Below are positions 61,331-64,000 of a stretch of 64,000 nt of DNA, piece after piece (within the stretch, counting starts at the first letter, position 1; each line of letters opens with the position of its first letter). Made by a program: the position numbers and the translations under genes. This stretch comes from Epithemia pelagica (lineage: Eukaryota > Protista > Bacillariophyta): NCBI GenBank assembly GCA_946965045.2, contig OX337238.1, positions 2,046,001 through 2,110,000 on the forward strand. Reading direction: 5' to 3'. The notes beneath the pieces were generated by a model. That model saw only the letters and a program-made list of their open reading frames with translations. It was not told the origin of the DNA and made no database searches.

Positions 61331-61848
61331 GGGACACTCTTTGCGCACCACCACTCACTCGGGGCCAGTGCGCGCACGTTTGGGGACTTGGCTTCGCGCA
61401 CATCAGTCGCGCGGGACCAGATACAGTAGATATGATACACTAGATAGCATGAGATACATGTGTGATAGTATCCTTCGCCAATTGGAATACAGAGCCATCG
61501 AGCAGGTCGGTCACTTTCATTCTTATTTCTTACACAGATTGGTACAGCCACAGGATTTGTTAAATACTCATGGTCCTTCCATTGTAGTTCAGCGATGGAA
61601 GAATCCACTCAAGACCAAACGAAGTCTAAGTATGTGCGCCAGCGGTGCGCCGGCGGGATGGTTGTACTGATTCCCACCAGAGAGAGAGAGATATATGCTG
61701 CCATCACAATCAGGCTCACAAATCCATTGAATGTAGAACAAACCTACGATCGTTTGTTCTCATTGATATCGAGCGGCCCTAAACCAGTGTCGGTTCTTTC
61801 TTTCTGTCTCTTTGCGAAAACCTCATCCTCCGCATCATCATCCTCATT

Positions 61849-63108
61849 ATGGCTTCTACTCCTTCCGACGCGGTTTCCATTGCCTCCCTCTCGTCGTCGA
61901 CCACCTCTGCGGCGAGTGGCCGTCGTCCTTCTCGTCGTTCCTACCGATTGCACAAGAATCCCTGGACGGAAAAGATTTTGTGGTCCTGTGTGGCTCGCAA
62001 TGACACCATTTTGGTCGAAGCCGGAGAGGATCCCTTTGGAGGAGCCGTGTCCCAAACAGCGCGGGCCATTTTTCAAAAAAAGGCCACACCGGGATGGGAA
62101 TATTTTTCCCTGCCCACCAAGAAACACAAGAACAAGAAGAAGAACAACACGAAGCACGTTCGAGGTCCAGGATCCTTGTACAGTGGACAAGGTTCGGTTC
62201 ATCCGGATGACGACGACAGTGCCACATCGTCCGACAAGGAATACGATGATGATGACGAATCGGAAGATCTCGATGACGAAAGTACCGTCGATGACAATGC
62301 CAGTCATGCCAGTCAGTGGTCGTTTCGTCATCGCCGTCGTCACGCGGCGGCAGCTGGTTCCCAAACAACAGCACGATCCTCTACGACAGTACAACCTCGT
62401 CTCAAGGCGGTCAAGTTTCATGTCTTTGAAGCAGCAGCACCCGCCACCACGGGGGGCGATAATGATGGTGAGAATGCAGTCGTCGTCCAGAATGAGAATG
62501 ATCCTCCTCCCATGACAGTCTGGGTCTTTTGTGCCGTCTACAATCCCGACGCCACCACGTGGCACAGCCAATCCTCGGCCAGCATTTTGCGGGATGTGCA
62601 AAGTTTTGTCCAAAAACTGGTTGGTTTGACCGAGCTGCCCCGTCAGTCCCATGACACCTGGAGGACGGGATCTCTCTTGGCCTGCCAATCCCACTTTTCG
62701 GCCACCCTGTTGCAACGCATGCAAGAAGTCACGTATTGGGGCAAGGGTGCTCGCGTCATTGCCGGAGATCATCCTACGAACCAGGACGACGACAAGGACG
62801 ACTATAGTGTTGCGCAATCGGTCGATGCTCGGGCCTTGATGAAGGCCAATATTGCCATTCTACTCAATCATCAGCAAACTCAAAACAACAATGACAACCA
62901 CAACGACATGACCATGACGGACATGGACGAGATTCGATCCAAGAGTCGCCGATTGGTACAATCCGTGACAAAATTGCAACAAAAGTCTTGGCGCATGGTG
63001 CGACGCAAAATTCTCATGCAACAAGCCAAACATGGAGCCGTCAAGGGAACCATTATTTCGGCCGCCACAGCCTTGATGATTGTCCCGCCGCTCCTTGTTC
63101 TCCTCTAG
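61849..63108 (+). CDS. Divergent longin-domain R-SNARE (VAMP7-like)
   Basis: ILWSCVARNDTILVEAG longin start, F..TLLQRM, LMKANIAILL...KSRRL..Q..KL SNARE-like helix and a C-terminal TM. Confidence 0.65.
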   Translation: MASTPSDAVSIASLSSSTTSAASGRRPSRRSYRLHKNPWTEKILWSCVARNDTILVEAGEDPFGGAVSQTARAIFQKKATPGWEYFSLPTKKHKNKKKNNTKHVRGPGSLYSGQGSVHPDDDDSATSSDKEYDDDDESEDLDDESTVDDNASHASQWSFRHRRRHAAAAGSQTTARSSTTVQPRLKAVKFHVFEAAAPATTGGDNDGENAVVVQNENDPPPMTVWVFCAVYNPDATTWHSQSSASILRDVQSFVQKLVGLTELPRQSHDTWRTGSLLACQSHFSATLLQRMQEVTYWGKGARVIAGDHPTNQDDDKDDYSVAQSVDARALMKANIAILLNHQQTQNNNDNHNDMTMTDMDEIRSKSRRLVQSVTKLQQKSWRMVRRKILMQQAKHGAVKGTIISAATALMIVPPLLVLL

Positions 63109-63632
63109 TAGTAGAGGGAGACAAGTTTGGGGCAAGAAACCCGTCTTGGACGGGGGGAATACCATTTGTTTGGGACCGTTTCGGAATCATGACATTCGAT
63201 ATAGGCTAGCATGATTAGTATTATGACACGCTACCGAAACGGACCACCAACAAAAGGAAGAAGAAGAATGCATAACAGAAAACGAGATCATTCTCGACAA
63301 AAACGAAAAAAACAAGCGCGTCATTGCAAGCTATATATCAGTGTTTTGAAGCAGGTATAAAATTTTATAGATACATGGATACATAGTATTATATCCAAGG
63401 GACACTGAAATGGAACCATTCCATTCCACACATTTGATTGATTGTTCGTGCTTCTCCACCAGCTACAGTATGCGTCGACAGGTTCACCGGGTTTTTACAC
63501 GGCATGCTTATCGACTCTCTCTCTACCTACATAAAGAACGACTCGACACAAACCCATTCCTACTGCTTACTACTACTACCACTACCACGACCATTTGCGT
63601 CCACACACATTGCCTTTCAAGGATGATGATAA

Positions 63633-64000
63633 TTAGGTTGCCCCCTTTGCTTGGTCTTGTTCGACCAACTCTTGGACGTCCTCCACGTGCACTTGCGGCA
63701 AGTCGTTGACGCCGGGACCAGTCGAGGGCACGACAAAGAGGGAATGTCCATAACCCGCGGCCAAATCCCAAACGGGAATCTCCTGCAAGGCGGGGACAAA
63801 GGTGGGTTTGGCACTGGATTTGGCCGTGGGCAATCCCAATTCTCCATGGGGACCTTGTCCCCAGGCCACCGTTTGGGCCAGGGCCGTGCAACACACGACG
63901 GTTTGTCCCCCCGCCGCCGCATGCGTCACGACATGTTGATTGTGAGCCAAGACATCAACGAGTTGGGGTCGCATGACGGCTTCTCCCACGGATCGATGTT
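63633..64000 (-). CDS. RCC1-repeat protein, 3' end only
   Basis: AAAGGQTVV..AWGQGPHGELG and LAAGYGHSLFV repeats; the gene runs off the window end. Confidence 0.8.
   Translation of the reverse strand, partial: HRSVGEAVMRPQLVDVLAHNQHVVTHAAAGGQTVVCCTALAQTVAWGQGPHGELGLPTAKSSAKPTFVPALQEIPVWDLAAGYGHSLFVVPSTGPGVNDLPQVHVEDVQELVEQDQAKGAT

Noticed and set aside
25860-63989. Numerous 60-280 aa ORFs antisense or off-frame to the long genes
   Set aside because: These are shadow ORFs of GC-balanced coding sequence without independent motifs.

Overview
Eukaryotic nuclear DNA, most likely from a diatom. Evidence: short GT-AG introns, bipartite plastid-targeting presequences, a silicanin-like gene and diatom-type Copia and piggyBac proteins. 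Positions 1-20.6 kb are an accessory region where Crinkler-like (CRN) NTPase/nuclease genes flank a nest of decayed transposons. The nest holds a PPT-LTR-PBS relic and a piggyBac transposase split by a young, internally deleted Copia element (781-bp LTRs, TA..TA ends, CTCCG target duplication, anticodon-arm tRNA-Asn-like primer site). It also holds a 6.5-kb PIF/Harbinger-like element (21-bp perfect TIRs, CTA duplication) and a MITE. The Harbinger-like element is the best candidate for an undescribed system: besides its transposase it carries two divergent paralogous accessory genes sharing an HSP20/alpha-crystallin-like domain, and a 356-bp hairpin. Positions 20.7-64 kb are mostly ordinary genes: K+/H+ antiporter, GST, glycan-modifying enzymes, phosphoesterase, dynactin p25, Kelch, silicanin-like, CNDP2, 2OG-oxygenase-TPR, longin SNARE and RCC1. 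This part also has a perfect (AAC)544 tract in frame, local duplications at 55-61 kb and several disrupted ORFs. Family calls come from motif recognition by eye; no database search was run.
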